A DNA stretch of 13,399 bases from Amoebidium appalachense. Its lineage: Eukaryota > Protista > Ichthyosporea. Both the position numbers and the translations under genes were made by a program. Each line of letters begins with the position of its first letter. Position 1 is the stretch's first letter. Below the pieces are notes generated by a model. It made no database searches. It worked only from the letters and a program-made list of their open reading frames with translations, and was not told the DNA's origin. The stretch covers positions 1 through 13,399 of the forward strand of contig CAVNZM010000080.1 of the NCBI GenBank assembly GCA_963693365.1, read 5' to 3'. Below are positions 1-7,473 of this stretch, one piece after another.

Positions 1-27
1 ACTAGCCGAGCAGTCGACCGGTTTGCC

Positions 28-33
28 AATAAA
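28..33 (+). terminator. AATAAA polyadenylation signal, probably of a + strand gene ending just left of or at the window start
   Basis: AATAAA at 28-33, after a TAG at 3-5. It faces a minus-strand AATAAA at 63-68, the layout expected between convergent genes. The upstream gene is not visible. Confidence 0.5.
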
Positions 34-62
34 GCACCAAGGTTTCATAACCATCTTGTATC

Positions 63-68
63 TTTATT
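63..68 (-). terminator. AATAAA polyadenylation signal overlapping the stop codon of the 1511-aa gene
   Basis: tttatt at 63-68 on +. The TAA stop (64-66) is embedded in it. Confidence 0.6.
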
Positions 69-3000
69 CAAGCCGTCGGCGCTTACCTGCGTCCCGCCCC
101 TCTTTTGCCGAGAGCAGGGCCGCCGCAAACCCCTTCGACTCGTCCGCCCGCACCCTCTCCAGGTACGCGTGCACCACAGGCCCGTCGCTGTAAAACGTGT
201 TTGCGTTCACTACCCCTGCGGGCTTGAGCATGTACAGGTATGCAAGCACCTCCTTGAACAGGCGCACGACCTCCAGCAGCTGAGTGGGCACGACCGTCTT
301 GTAGGCCTCGCGAAGAATCTGTACGTCTCGGAAGCCGGCTGCTGCAGCGGCAATATGTTTCTGGTACATGTTGTGGATCTTGGCTATGTCCGCCTTGCAG
401 TCGCGTTGGGGGATGCGTTCACCAGCCATTGTTTTGATCGTCTTTCGCAACCGGCCATTTTCCTCGCTTAACCTTTCCGTTAGCTTCTGCAAGTTTGCGG
501 ACATGTCCGATAGTTGGATTGCCAGGGCAGTCTCGGCGTCCATGCGTTTCAACAACGCATCATTGAGCTCCTGTTCCGTACTGGCTAAACGAGCCTTACA
601 ATCCTCAGCCTCCGCGAGCTTTCTTTGCATGCCGGAAAGCGCGACGGCTAACTCGTATCTTTCAAGCTCACCGGCTGCGTTGTCAGTCTTGGCTGCCTCA
701 AGTTCCTTTTCCACCGAATCTGTCAGTTTTGTCAGGTTACTGAGCTCGTTTGTTTTTTCCTCCAGCTGTCGCGTGTAGGCGTCTTCCTGTTCCTTGAGTT
801 TCTGTACCTTCCCCTCAAGGTTCATCTTGTCCGCAAGAAGTTGTTTCGCGTATTTTTCAGAACCCACCGCCCGCACTTCGGAATCAAATTTCTTCATTGC
901 AGTCATGGCCATGGCCGTTCGCAACCTCCCAGAGTTTTCGTGGTCGGAGCCGCCAAGATTGCTGGCCAGTTTCTCCAGGCTTTCTCGTTCCTCTTTCATG
1001 CCCTTCAAGTCCTTGATTATAGCAGCGATGTCGTCGAGCAGCGAGGTTGAAGTGTGAACTTCCTTTCCTGTTTCTGGGTCAAAGACTCTATGGATGCTGG
1101 CCCTCGCTTCGCTCAGCAAGTCCTTGTTTTTCCTGATATAGCCCACGCCATCCTTGAGTGTGAGAATGGCAGGGGCGTCGTCGGATTCAAAAAGGTTTCT
1201 GTGACTGTTCAGGGCTTGTAGGGCGCCATCCAATTCTGCCAGTGAGCTCTCGAGGTCTTGCAGATCGCCGTCGCCTATTTTTTGCAGGAGGTTTCGCATG
1301 TGCATCAACAGAGGCTCTAAGGAGCCGCTGATGTTTGACATATGTCCAAGAAGTCCGGCCTGGCCGGCCTGGCCTGCTCTACATCCTGCCATGTCGCACA
1401 GCTTACCAGCATCCGCCACCGCTGTTTCCAACCGCTCTCGGAGTTGCGTAACGGACTGCACCATAACTTCGAGTGGTTCGAGTTCCTCTGGCAACCCTTG
1501 CGCCCCAAGCAATGGCAGAAGCACGTTATCCCTCAAGACCTTTGCGTAAGCTTCGAATTGGTCGCGGGTTGCCTTTTCAAGGTTGATGATCCTGTCCTCG
1601 TTTAGGGCTGTTTGCTCGGAAACGACCTTATGAACACCTGCCAGAGCCCGTACAAACAAAACCGCGTGGTCTTTCGAGCAAGGACGGGTCATCTTCAAGG
1701 CACCATTCTCCTCCGTCGCAACGATTAGAGCTTCAAGTAAATCCGCTTCCCCTTGTTCGGCCAGTTTTTCCTTCACGCTGTTTGCAAGCGTGAACAGTTC
1801 TTCTTCGGTCCTCGTCCCCTCACTACCTAAACCAACAAGCGCAGCATCAACAACCCGCACAAGTGCTTTGACGTATGATAACAGCTCATCATTTGGGGCG
1901 TTGGGGTGCAATCCACTACCCGCCAAAATCCCGCGCAGCTCCGACAGGACTTCCTTGGGTGCAGCTGTCTGTTCGATCGTGTCAAGCACCAACGTTTCGG
2001 CGGAGTTGTAGTCCTGAGGGATTGCACTCGATACATGGCCCTGGTCTCCGAGGATCTTGAAAAGCCTTGTGAGCAAGGCACTGGCTCCAGAGATGTAATG
2101 TTGGTGCAGAGCGGATTCTATGTTTCCAGCGAATTCCTGCACGGTTGAAGGGGTTCGTACCAGCCCCGGGGCAAGGGTTGATAATAAAATGTTGAAAGTG
2201 CCTGCTACCGTTTCCACATATCTAACAACACAGTCGTCGTCGCACTCGTTTGTAAGTGCGGTTTCCAGTCCTGGAAAGACATTGGTCATTATGGCCCGAC
2301 GCACTGCCTGCTGGTGTTTCATTACAGCTTGCAATTGATGATCAAGCACCGCAAGCTTGTACTTTGATTCCGTTTCTGCGGCTTCCATATCCACGAAATG
2401 ACGAAGAAGCCATGTTAGGTTCCGGATATCCCGAAAAATTCCACCGAAGTCATGTTCTTTGATATACCGGTTCCAATCTTGAGGGATTTGTACTCCCGTA
2501 AGTTCTGTATGCAGCGCTTGACCTTCCCGATTGAACAGGATAAGCTTTTCCACCACCACCCATAAGGGTACGGGTTGCTCTGGTTCGAACGAGTTTTGTA
2601 CCTTGACGCCTGTAAGTGTTTCCGCCAGCGATGCAAGATTGTAGGCGTAATTTTCAAGCTTCTCCTCAACATCCCGGATTGTCGTGTGACTCAGGAGGTT
2701 AACCTGGACAGTTCTGATCAGGCCTACAAGTTTTTCAAGAAAAGCGTCGGTTTTCATGTTTGTCAATGATTTGTCGTCTGGAAACAGTCGCCACAGCATG
2801 CCCAGGTTACCCCGTATTCCTTTTAGGATTCTCATATCGGCGGCCAGTTTGCGGATTACCTCATCCCAGTTTTGCCTGCTGGCATCCCGAATATCTGCAA
2901 TCCGTGTCAGCTGTTGTAGGTGTCGCCGCTCGGCTGCTTTGGGTTCATCTACCGTTTCTTTAAGTTTGGTTATGTATCGAATTAGCCTATCAAGGATGCC

Positions 3001-4599
3001 CGGTCGATTATTCTCCACCGACAGGAGCAATCCCATCTCTTCTACCTTCTTCATAACAAGATTCAATTTAATATTAACCTTATTAAACCCAAGCTTCTTT
3101 GGAGGTTCGTGTGTGATACTGTTTAGTTCCACGAAACTCCCGTCGGTCTCACCTAGGAGGAGTTTGAAGTTGTCTTCGATCATTGTGAGCCAACTTTTTC
3201 TCAACATGCTCGAATTCTCAATAAACCATGTGTTGTATAGATCACTGCTGTATTGGTTGTCGCGATAATCATTCCATGCAATCCTTCTAACCTCAACCTC
3301 TTCTACCACTCCGACAATATAATCAGCTAGGGTATTCCAGTCATTATTGGTCATGGCCACGGGCTTGCCTATTCTTTTTAACGCTTTGATGGCGCTATCT
3401 AGCTCTGACATCCTTTCCCCCAGCCGGTTTTTAATGCTTGTCGCCAGATATCCAATGGTCGGTGTCGCATCATCTGCTGTTTCGCTTGGCTTTTCCCCGG
3501 TCGGTGTCGCATCATCTGCTGTTTCGCTTGGCTTTTCCCCGGCATAGACAACATCATGGATATCGTTCATAAACTTTTTGTGTATCCCGGTTTCTAATGT
3601 GAGCTCGTCATTTTTATGCTTGAGCTCGATGATTACATTATTGAGTTTGGCGTTTTCTGCTCGGACTTTTAGTGTCAAATCTTGCGCCACTTTCAATTTG
3701 TCAACCCACTTTTTAACCTGAAACATTCGTTGATGTGCATTAGCGGCTTCTCCCTTGAACGCATTAAGTTTTCCGTAGCCCTCCCGCACCCGTGTCAGGG
3801 CATCCTCCAGGGCCGCACCTTCCTCGTGCGCGCGCGTCAGCGCATCCTCAAGGCCCGCAACGCGAGCTTGCGTCTGCGTCAGTGTACCCGTGAGTGCCGC
3901 TATTTCCTCGCGCGCGTGGTCAAGCTCGATTTGAAGCCCGGCACTTTCTGCTTTCGCGCGCTTGAGCTCAAGTTCTCGCTTGGTGTCACTATCGTCAAGC
4001 AAAGACAAAAGCGGCCCTTCCGCATTCTGAAGTTTCAACTCCACGAGCTCTTTATCCTTTTTTTTGATATTTTCCCGCTCTGACTCAATTATGGTTTTCA
4101 GCTGCTGAATCTCGGCATTCAGTTTCTCAATTTTGGCATCCTTTTTCGCCTCTCTTGTGCCCATTCCTCTTAGCGCTTCTTGCTGTTCTTCGTTTTTTTT
4201 ACTCAGCCCCTCCCTTTCTTTCATCAACTCCCCGACTCGGGCTTCAAGTATCGAATGGCTGTTGCTTATCTGTACATTGTATTCGTGCTGGTCTGTGTTT
4301 GTTCTCCATAGTTCCTCATTTTGTCTCTTCAACCCCGCGATTTGCGTTTCCAGCGTCGTATTGCTGTTGATAATATTCAACTGCCGCTGAATTTCGGTTT
4401 CCAGTCCCTTGATTTTGGTTTCATTTTCCGCTTGCCTTGTTTTCAATTCTTCGTTTGTTTTCTTCAGCCCCCCATTTTCTTGTTTCAGTTCCTTTCGTTT
4501 TTTCGAATAGTCTGTCCCTAACTTAGGAACCCGATCAATACGTGAGTGTGCTGCAGGTGCGACCCCCTGCTCCTGCGCTTTCGTGTCACTGTGGTCCAT
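64..4599 (-). CDS. Very large alpha-helical protein (1511 aa) with long N- and C-proximal coiled coils; function unknown
   Basis: 4.5 kb uninterrupted ORF with ATG start. E/K/L/Q-rich heptad patterns span roughly aa 30-335 and 1190-1400. No Walker A/B motif seen. Basic clusters SKKRKE (N-terminal) and KRRRLE (extreme C-terminus) look like nuclear localisation signals. Confidence 0.9.
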   Translation of the reverse strand: MDHSDTKAQEQGVAPAAHSRIDRVPKLGTDYSKKRKELKQENGGLKKTNEELKTRQAENETKIKGLETEIQRQLNIINSNTTLETQIAGLKRQNEELWRTNTDQHEYNVQISNSHSILEARVGELMKEREGLSKKNEEQQEALRGMGTREAKKDAKIEKLNAEIQQLKTIIESERENIKKKDKELVELKLQNAEGPLLSLLDDSDTKRELELKRAKAESAGLQIELDHAREEIAALTGTLTQTQARVAGLEDALTRAHEEGAALEDALTRVREGYGKLNAFKGEAANAHQRMFQVKKWVDKLKVAQDLTLKVRAENAKLNNVIIELKHKNDELTLETGIHKKFMNDIHDVVYAGEKPSETADDATPTGEKPSETADDATPTIGYLATSIKNRLGERMSELDSAIKALKRIGKPVAMTNNDWNTLADYIVGVVEEVEVRRIAWNDYRDNQYSSDLYNTWFIENSSMLRKSWLTMIEDNFKLLLGETDGSFVELNSITHEPPKKLGFNKVNIKLNLVMKKVEEMGLLLSVENNRPGILDRLIRYITKLKETVDEPKAAERRHLQQLTRIADIRDASRQNWDEVIRKLAADMRILKGIRGNLGMLWRLFPDDKSLTNMKTDAFLEKLVGLIRTVQVNLLSHTTIRDVEEKLENYAYNLASLAETLTGVKVQNSFEPEQPVPLWVVVEKLILFNREGQALHTELTGVQIPQDWNRYIKEHDFGGIFRDIRNLTWLLRHFVDMEAAETESKYKLAVLDHQLQAVMKHQQAVRRAIMTNVFPGLETALTNECDDDCVVRYVETVAGTFNILLSTLAPGLVRTPSTVQEFAGNIESALHQHYISGASALLTRLFKILGDQGHVSSAIPQDYNSAETLVLDTIEQTAAPKEVLSELRGILAGSGLHPNAPNDELLSYVKALVRVVDAALVGLGSEGTRTEEELFTLANSVKEKLAEQGEADLLEALIVATEENGALKMTRPCSKDHAVLFVRALAGVHKVVSEQTALNEDRIINLEKATRDQFEAYAKVLRDNVLLPLLGAQGLPEELEPLEVMVQSVTQLRERLETAVADAGKLCDMAGCRAGQAGQAGLLGHMSNISGSLEPLLMHMRNLLQKIGDGDLQDLESSLAELDGALQALNSHRNLFESDDAPAILTLKDGVGYIRKNKDLLSEARASIHRVFDPETGKEVHTSTSLLDDIAAIIKDLKGMKEERESLEKLASNLGGSDHENSGRLRTAMAMTAMKKFDSEVRAVGSEKYAKQLLADKMNLEGKVQKLKEQEDAYTRQLEEKTNELSNLTKLTDSVEKELEAAKTDNAAGELERYELAVALSGMQRKLAEAEDCKARLASTEQELNDALLKRMDAETALAIQLSDMSANLQKLTERLSEENGRLRKTIKTMAGERIPQRDCKADIAKIHNMYQKHIAAAAAGFRDVQILREAYKTVVPTQLLEVVRLFKEVLAYLYMLKPAGVVNANTFYSDGPVVHAYLERVRADESKGFAAALLSAKEGRDAGKRRRLE
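3457..3542. repeat. Perfect 42-bp tandem duplication encoding GEKPSETADDATPT x2
   Basis: ggtcggtgtcgcatcatctgctgtttcgcttggcttttcccc at 3457-3498 and 3499-3540, followed by a further gg. Confidence 0.97.
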
Positions 4600-4656
4600 T
4601 TATGTACAGCAAACAAAAAAGGGCAGCCGCGCTCTCGCTTTGACAAAACACGTCCT

Positions 4657-4923
4657 TCAAACCCCTTGGAAGGTGCGCTGCTTTGGGGCGGCAGTCCTGC
4701 GAACAACAGCTGCTGCGGTCGCCTCTGCCTCAAGCACAACAGAAGCTCCATCTGCTCGCCTGTTGTAAGCGCACATGCCACCCACAGGGTGGACACCTAG
4801 AGCTAGGCTAAGCCCACTGCCGTCGTTCCCCGTGTCACGCCCCCCAATCCTGTTAAGTATGCAATCAAGCTCGGCAAGTGTGTGTCTCATTCTCGTTGCA
4901 AGCCGTGCATACTCGTCAGCCAT
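4657..4923 (-). CDS. Hypothetical protein, 88 aa (MADEYARLATRMRHTLAELD...)
   Basis: 3' part of the 4657..5118 ORF, whose listed start is GTG. The ATG at 4923 has a good context (AGGATGG), follows an AT-rich spacer and avoids overlap with the + ORF at 4964. Confidence 0.55.
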   Translation of the reverse strand: MADEYARLATRMRHTLAELDCILNRIGGRDTGNDGSGLSLALGVHPVGGMCAYNRRADGASVVLEAEATAAAVVRRTAAPKQRTFQGV

Positions 4924-4963
4924 CCTGTTATTTATTCCAATTTTTTTTGTGTCGTAAGACCAC

Positions 4964-5209
4964 ATGCCCAAGTCTAAGTCTGCACATAACATACACGCAC
5001 AATTGTACCGCAGGTACGTTGAGCATTTTGAGGCGGACAACTCCGTGCTAAAATCTATCGTGGACAAAAAATACACGCTTGCAAAACACAAGGCAGCCGC
5101 TAATGCCCGCAGGGCCACGGGCCTTCCCCACGCATACGACCCAGAATCGGGAACCTATCTATACGCAGCAAGCAACCTGGCAAACACACCCTACAATTGT
5201 TCACCATAA
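4964..5209 (+). CDS. Hypothetical protein, 81 aa
   Basis: ATG start and protein-like composition. It fits between the AT-rich spacer 4924-4963 and the primase stop (12-bp gap). A T-run ends 15 nt before the ATG, as for other genes here. Confidence 0.6.
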   Translation: MPKSKSAHNIHAQLYRRYVEHFEADNSVLKSIVDKKYTLAKHKAAANARRATGLPHAYDPESGTYLYAASNLANTPYNCSP

Positions 5210-5221
5210 ACACCCCTTAAC

Positions 5222-6307
5222 TTAAGCGTTCACAACGGTGCGCTCGTACCAGCTGCGCACATCCTCGAGTCCCTCCAGGGTCCAGGGTGCAAACGCCACA
5301 ACCTTCCGGTTGCCCTGTGCCTGCATGCACTCTTGGTCCTCGCACAGCAGGCGCGCTCCGTCGGTGCCCAGCAGGAGCGCTACCCGTCGTGTCTGGTGCT
5401 GTGCCTGCTTCTGCGGGCAGAACCGGCAGTTTGTCTGCACCAGCAGCGCGTCGGGCCCCAGCGCCTTCCAGCTCTCGGCCTGAAGCACAACGTCGTCTGC
5501 CACTCCTAGCAGCCACCCGACAATGCTCAGGTCAGGGAGGTCCACAAGCGCGTTCCGCATCACCCTCGAGCGTGACACCTTGCGGGGCGGATGGGGGGTA
5601 GGGGGGCGGCTCCCGTCTTCCACACGCACCAGGCACATGCCGATAGCCAGCTCCCTGTCAGCCCGCAGAGCCGACAGCTGCTGCGCGTCTCTGACCGCAC
5701 ACGTGCCCTCGCCGTCCGCGTTCTCCGCGACGCGAAAAACCTGCTCCAGGTCGTATTCGCGGCCGACGTGTTCGCGCATCGCCGCCTTGCTGCAATACAG
5801 GACCCGAAGCGACCCCTGGTAGGGAGCGGGGTCGAGACTCTTTGTCCAAGTACCCGTTGTCAGCGCGCGCAGCGCCTCAAGAAGGTATCTTGCGGTCGGC
5901 GCATCCGTCAGCAGGGAAGGTACATGCACGTGGTAGCCGCTCTTGTTGCCGGCATGGCACGCAGCGAAGATGATCGAGCTCCCCGAAGGAATGACAGACA
6001 GTGCAGCCAGCGACTGGGCAATATCGTTTACCAATTCGGGGCGGTGTTCGGGAGCAACAAAGGGGAGATCCAAGTCAACAAAAAAGCGAAACCGTGGGGT
6101 CACAACTTCGCAGAGATATTCGCGGTTGGAATCCGCAAACTCCTGCGCGAGGTACCTGGGAAGACGCGCTGCCACTTCGGGTGGAATGGTGTACTTGCCC
6201 CCACACATGCACACGTGTGTAGCGACTTCATCAAAACGGTACTTGGGCAGGATGCGCATGTGCAGCCGCGAGGTGTAATGCTGCTTAACAATACCCACGG
6301 CGTCCAT
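5222..6307 (-). CDS. Archaeo-eukaryotic primase (PrimPol / NCLDV-herpes clade) with C-terminal UL52-like zinc finger, 361 aa
   Basis: Motif I RFRFFVDLD, motif II KSGYHVH and motif III SLDPAPYQGSLRVLYCSK are present, plus N-terminal THxxMxGGKY. The C-terminal RFC-x6-H...C-E-D-Q-E-C matches the C-H-C-C finger of PrimPol/UL52. First ATG is at 6307 (the track start is TTG). Confidence 0.9.
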   Translation of the reverse strand: MDAVGIVKQHYTSRLHMRILPKYRFDEVATHVCMCGGKYTIPPEVAARLPRYLAQEFADSNREYLCEVVTPRFRFFVDLDLPFVAPEHRPELVNDIAQSLAALSVIPSGSSIIFAACHAGNKSGYHVHVPSLLTDAPTARYLLEALRALTTGTWTKSLDPAPYQGSLRVLYCSKAAMREHVGREYDLEQVFRVAENADGEGTCAVRDAQQLSALRADRELAIGMCLVRVEDGSRPPTPHPPRKVSRSRVMRNALVDLPDLSIVGWLLGVADDVVLQAESWKALGPDALLVQTNCRFCPQKQAQHQTRRVALLLGTDGARLLCEDQECMQAQGNRKVVAFAPWTLEGLEDVRSWYERTVVNA

Positions 6308-6403
6308 AGTGAGTGTTGTACGCTCTGCCTGCAACAAAAACAATCTACAAACTGAGTTTTGTCATCTGTGTGCCGCGGATATAGCCCTCTGTTGAAAGAG
6401 CAC

Positions 6404-6496
6404 ATTGGAATTCGAGATATTTCCGTTAATCTGATTGGCTGACGACGCCGCGATTGGATTGGCTTTGAGCGGTCAAATTGGGTCAAATTTGATTGG
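6404..6496. promoter_or_regulatory. CCAAT-box array in the divergent primase / NTase-RING intergenic region
   Basis: ATTGG at 6404, 6434, 6453, 6458, 6477 and 6492, all in one orientation. 6431-6440 is AGCCAATCAG on the minus strand (NF-Y consensus). GGTCAAATT is directly repeated at 6471 and 6481. Confidence 0.75.
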
Positions 6497-6510
6497 ATGG
6501 ATCTGATAGG

Positions 6511-7374
6511 ATGGAGTGCATCGCGACGATGCCCGCTCAGAAGCACTGGTCTTTTTTGCGCCCCTGCTGTATGGAGGCTGCGAACTTCGAAGCTCGCATG
6601 CGCTTGTATCAGGTCGTGGAGCTCCAGATGGCTTCCATGGGATGCACAGCCGTGTTGTTTGGAGGGTTTCTTCGTCGGTTGGTGGCTGGGGAGTCTCTTG
6701 ATTGCGACCTGGACATCTATGCACAGCCCTACATGACGCGCGCGCATATGGATCACCTGTGCACCCTGCTTGCCGTGGTAGGTTGGTGCAGGTCATGGAC
6801 GTTACTGCGACCATTTACGGAGTATGACATTGGCGTGCGTCGTCTGCACATGAAAATCGAGGGTGTCTCCTTTGGCCTAGATCTGATACCCTCCCCCCCA
6901 CCAGGTATCGATTTTGACGTCTGTAACCTCCAGTATGCAAACAACACCCTGTCATCCCGCGTCCCCCCTGCCCCACTTCTGCACACCCTTTGGTCAGCAC
7001 GTACACGCACGGCCTGTGCAATCGCTAACCCCCCGGGTTCGCACAGCGGCAGATGCACTCATGACAGCATTGGATGTTCAAGTAGGGATATTCGTTTATT
7101 GAGGCGCCAGGCCAAGCTCGCGGAGGCCGGCTATAATGTTTGGGGCGCCTTCGATGTGGCTCCCCTGCCCGATGGGGCCGTCTGCCCCATCAAGCTCGAA
7201 CATACAGACCTTGCCGTCACCCTGGAATGCGGCCATCGTTTCGACCTTGCTCAGTTTTTGATGCTCCTCAAGCTTGTTCCCGAAACTCGCTGCCCCATGT
7301 GCCGTGCCCGCGTCAACATTCTACGGCGCTCCGGCACCCCCGGCGCAGGGGCAGGTTTGCGATCGGCGGGTTAG
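6511..7374 (+). CDS. Class II (CCA-adding/poly(A) polymerase head-like) nucleotidyltransferase fused to a C-terminal degenerate RING (SP-RING/U-box-like)
   Basis: NTase motifs LFGGFLRRLVAGESLDCDLDI (GG..R....G....DxD) and IDFDVCNL (DFxxN-like). C-terminus reads CPIKLE...CGHRFD...CPMCR. Start is uncertain: ATG at 6511, 6529 or 6571. Confidence 0.8.
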   Translation: MECIATMPAQKHWSFLRPCCMEAANFEARMRLYQVVELQMASMGCTAVLFGGFLRRLVAGESLDCDLDIYAQPYMTRAHMDHLCTLLAVVGWCRSWTLLRPFTEYDIGVRRLHMKIEGVSFGLDLIPSPPPGIDFDVCNLQYANNTLSSRVPPAPLLHTLWSARTRTACAIANPPGSHSGRCTHDSIGCSSRDIRLLRRQAKLAEAGYNVWGAFDVAPLPDGAVCPIKLEHTDLAVTLECGHRFDLAQFLMLLKLVPETRCPMCRARVNILRRSGTPGAGAGLRSAG

Positions 7375-7473
7375 TCACTTGCGGCTCTTGCGGCGGCTGC
7401 CAGCGCGCTTACGGCGGTAGCGCCTCCTGCGGAGTGTACTTATAGCGTCGGGGTTTGCGGCGTTACACGACAT
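7375..7473 (-). CDS. Putative 32-aa protamine-like peptide MSCNAANPDAISTLRRRRYRRKRAGSRRKSRK
   Basis: Hand-translated and below the ORF-track cutoff. ATG at 7473, TGA at 7375-7377. 13 of the last 18 residues are R/K. It fills the intergenic gap exactly and has ACATTTTC-N14-ATG upstream. Confidence 0.6.
   Translation of the reverse strand: MSCNAANPDAISTLRRRRYRRKRAGSRRKSRK

Noticed and set aside
64-4599. SMC/Rad50 or myosin assignment for the large protein
   Set aside because: No Walker A/B, signature or motor motifs; coiled-coil similarity alone is uninformative
4936-4948. Mimivirus early promoter AAAATTGA
   Set aside because: The minus strand reads AAAATTGG, a mismatch, and the exact motif is not seen upstream of the other genes
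4924-5207. Longer minus-strand version of the 4657 gene, either from GTG 5118 or via a 50-nt GT..AG intron after ATG 5207 that would restore the frame
   Set aside because: Weak donor and no good pyrimidine tract. It would overlap the plausible + ORF 4964..5209, which has the T-run motif. Not excluded without RNA data.
6329-6352. Splice-acceptor-like TTGTTTTTGTTGCAG upstream of the primase ATG
   Set aside because: No donor found that gives an in-frame upstream exon; may simply be 5' UTR
5591-6756. Overlapping ORFs 5591..6355(+) and 6100..6756(-), and other short nested ORFs in the track
   Set aside because: Shadow frames of motif-bearing genes in GC-rich DNA, with no recognisable domains
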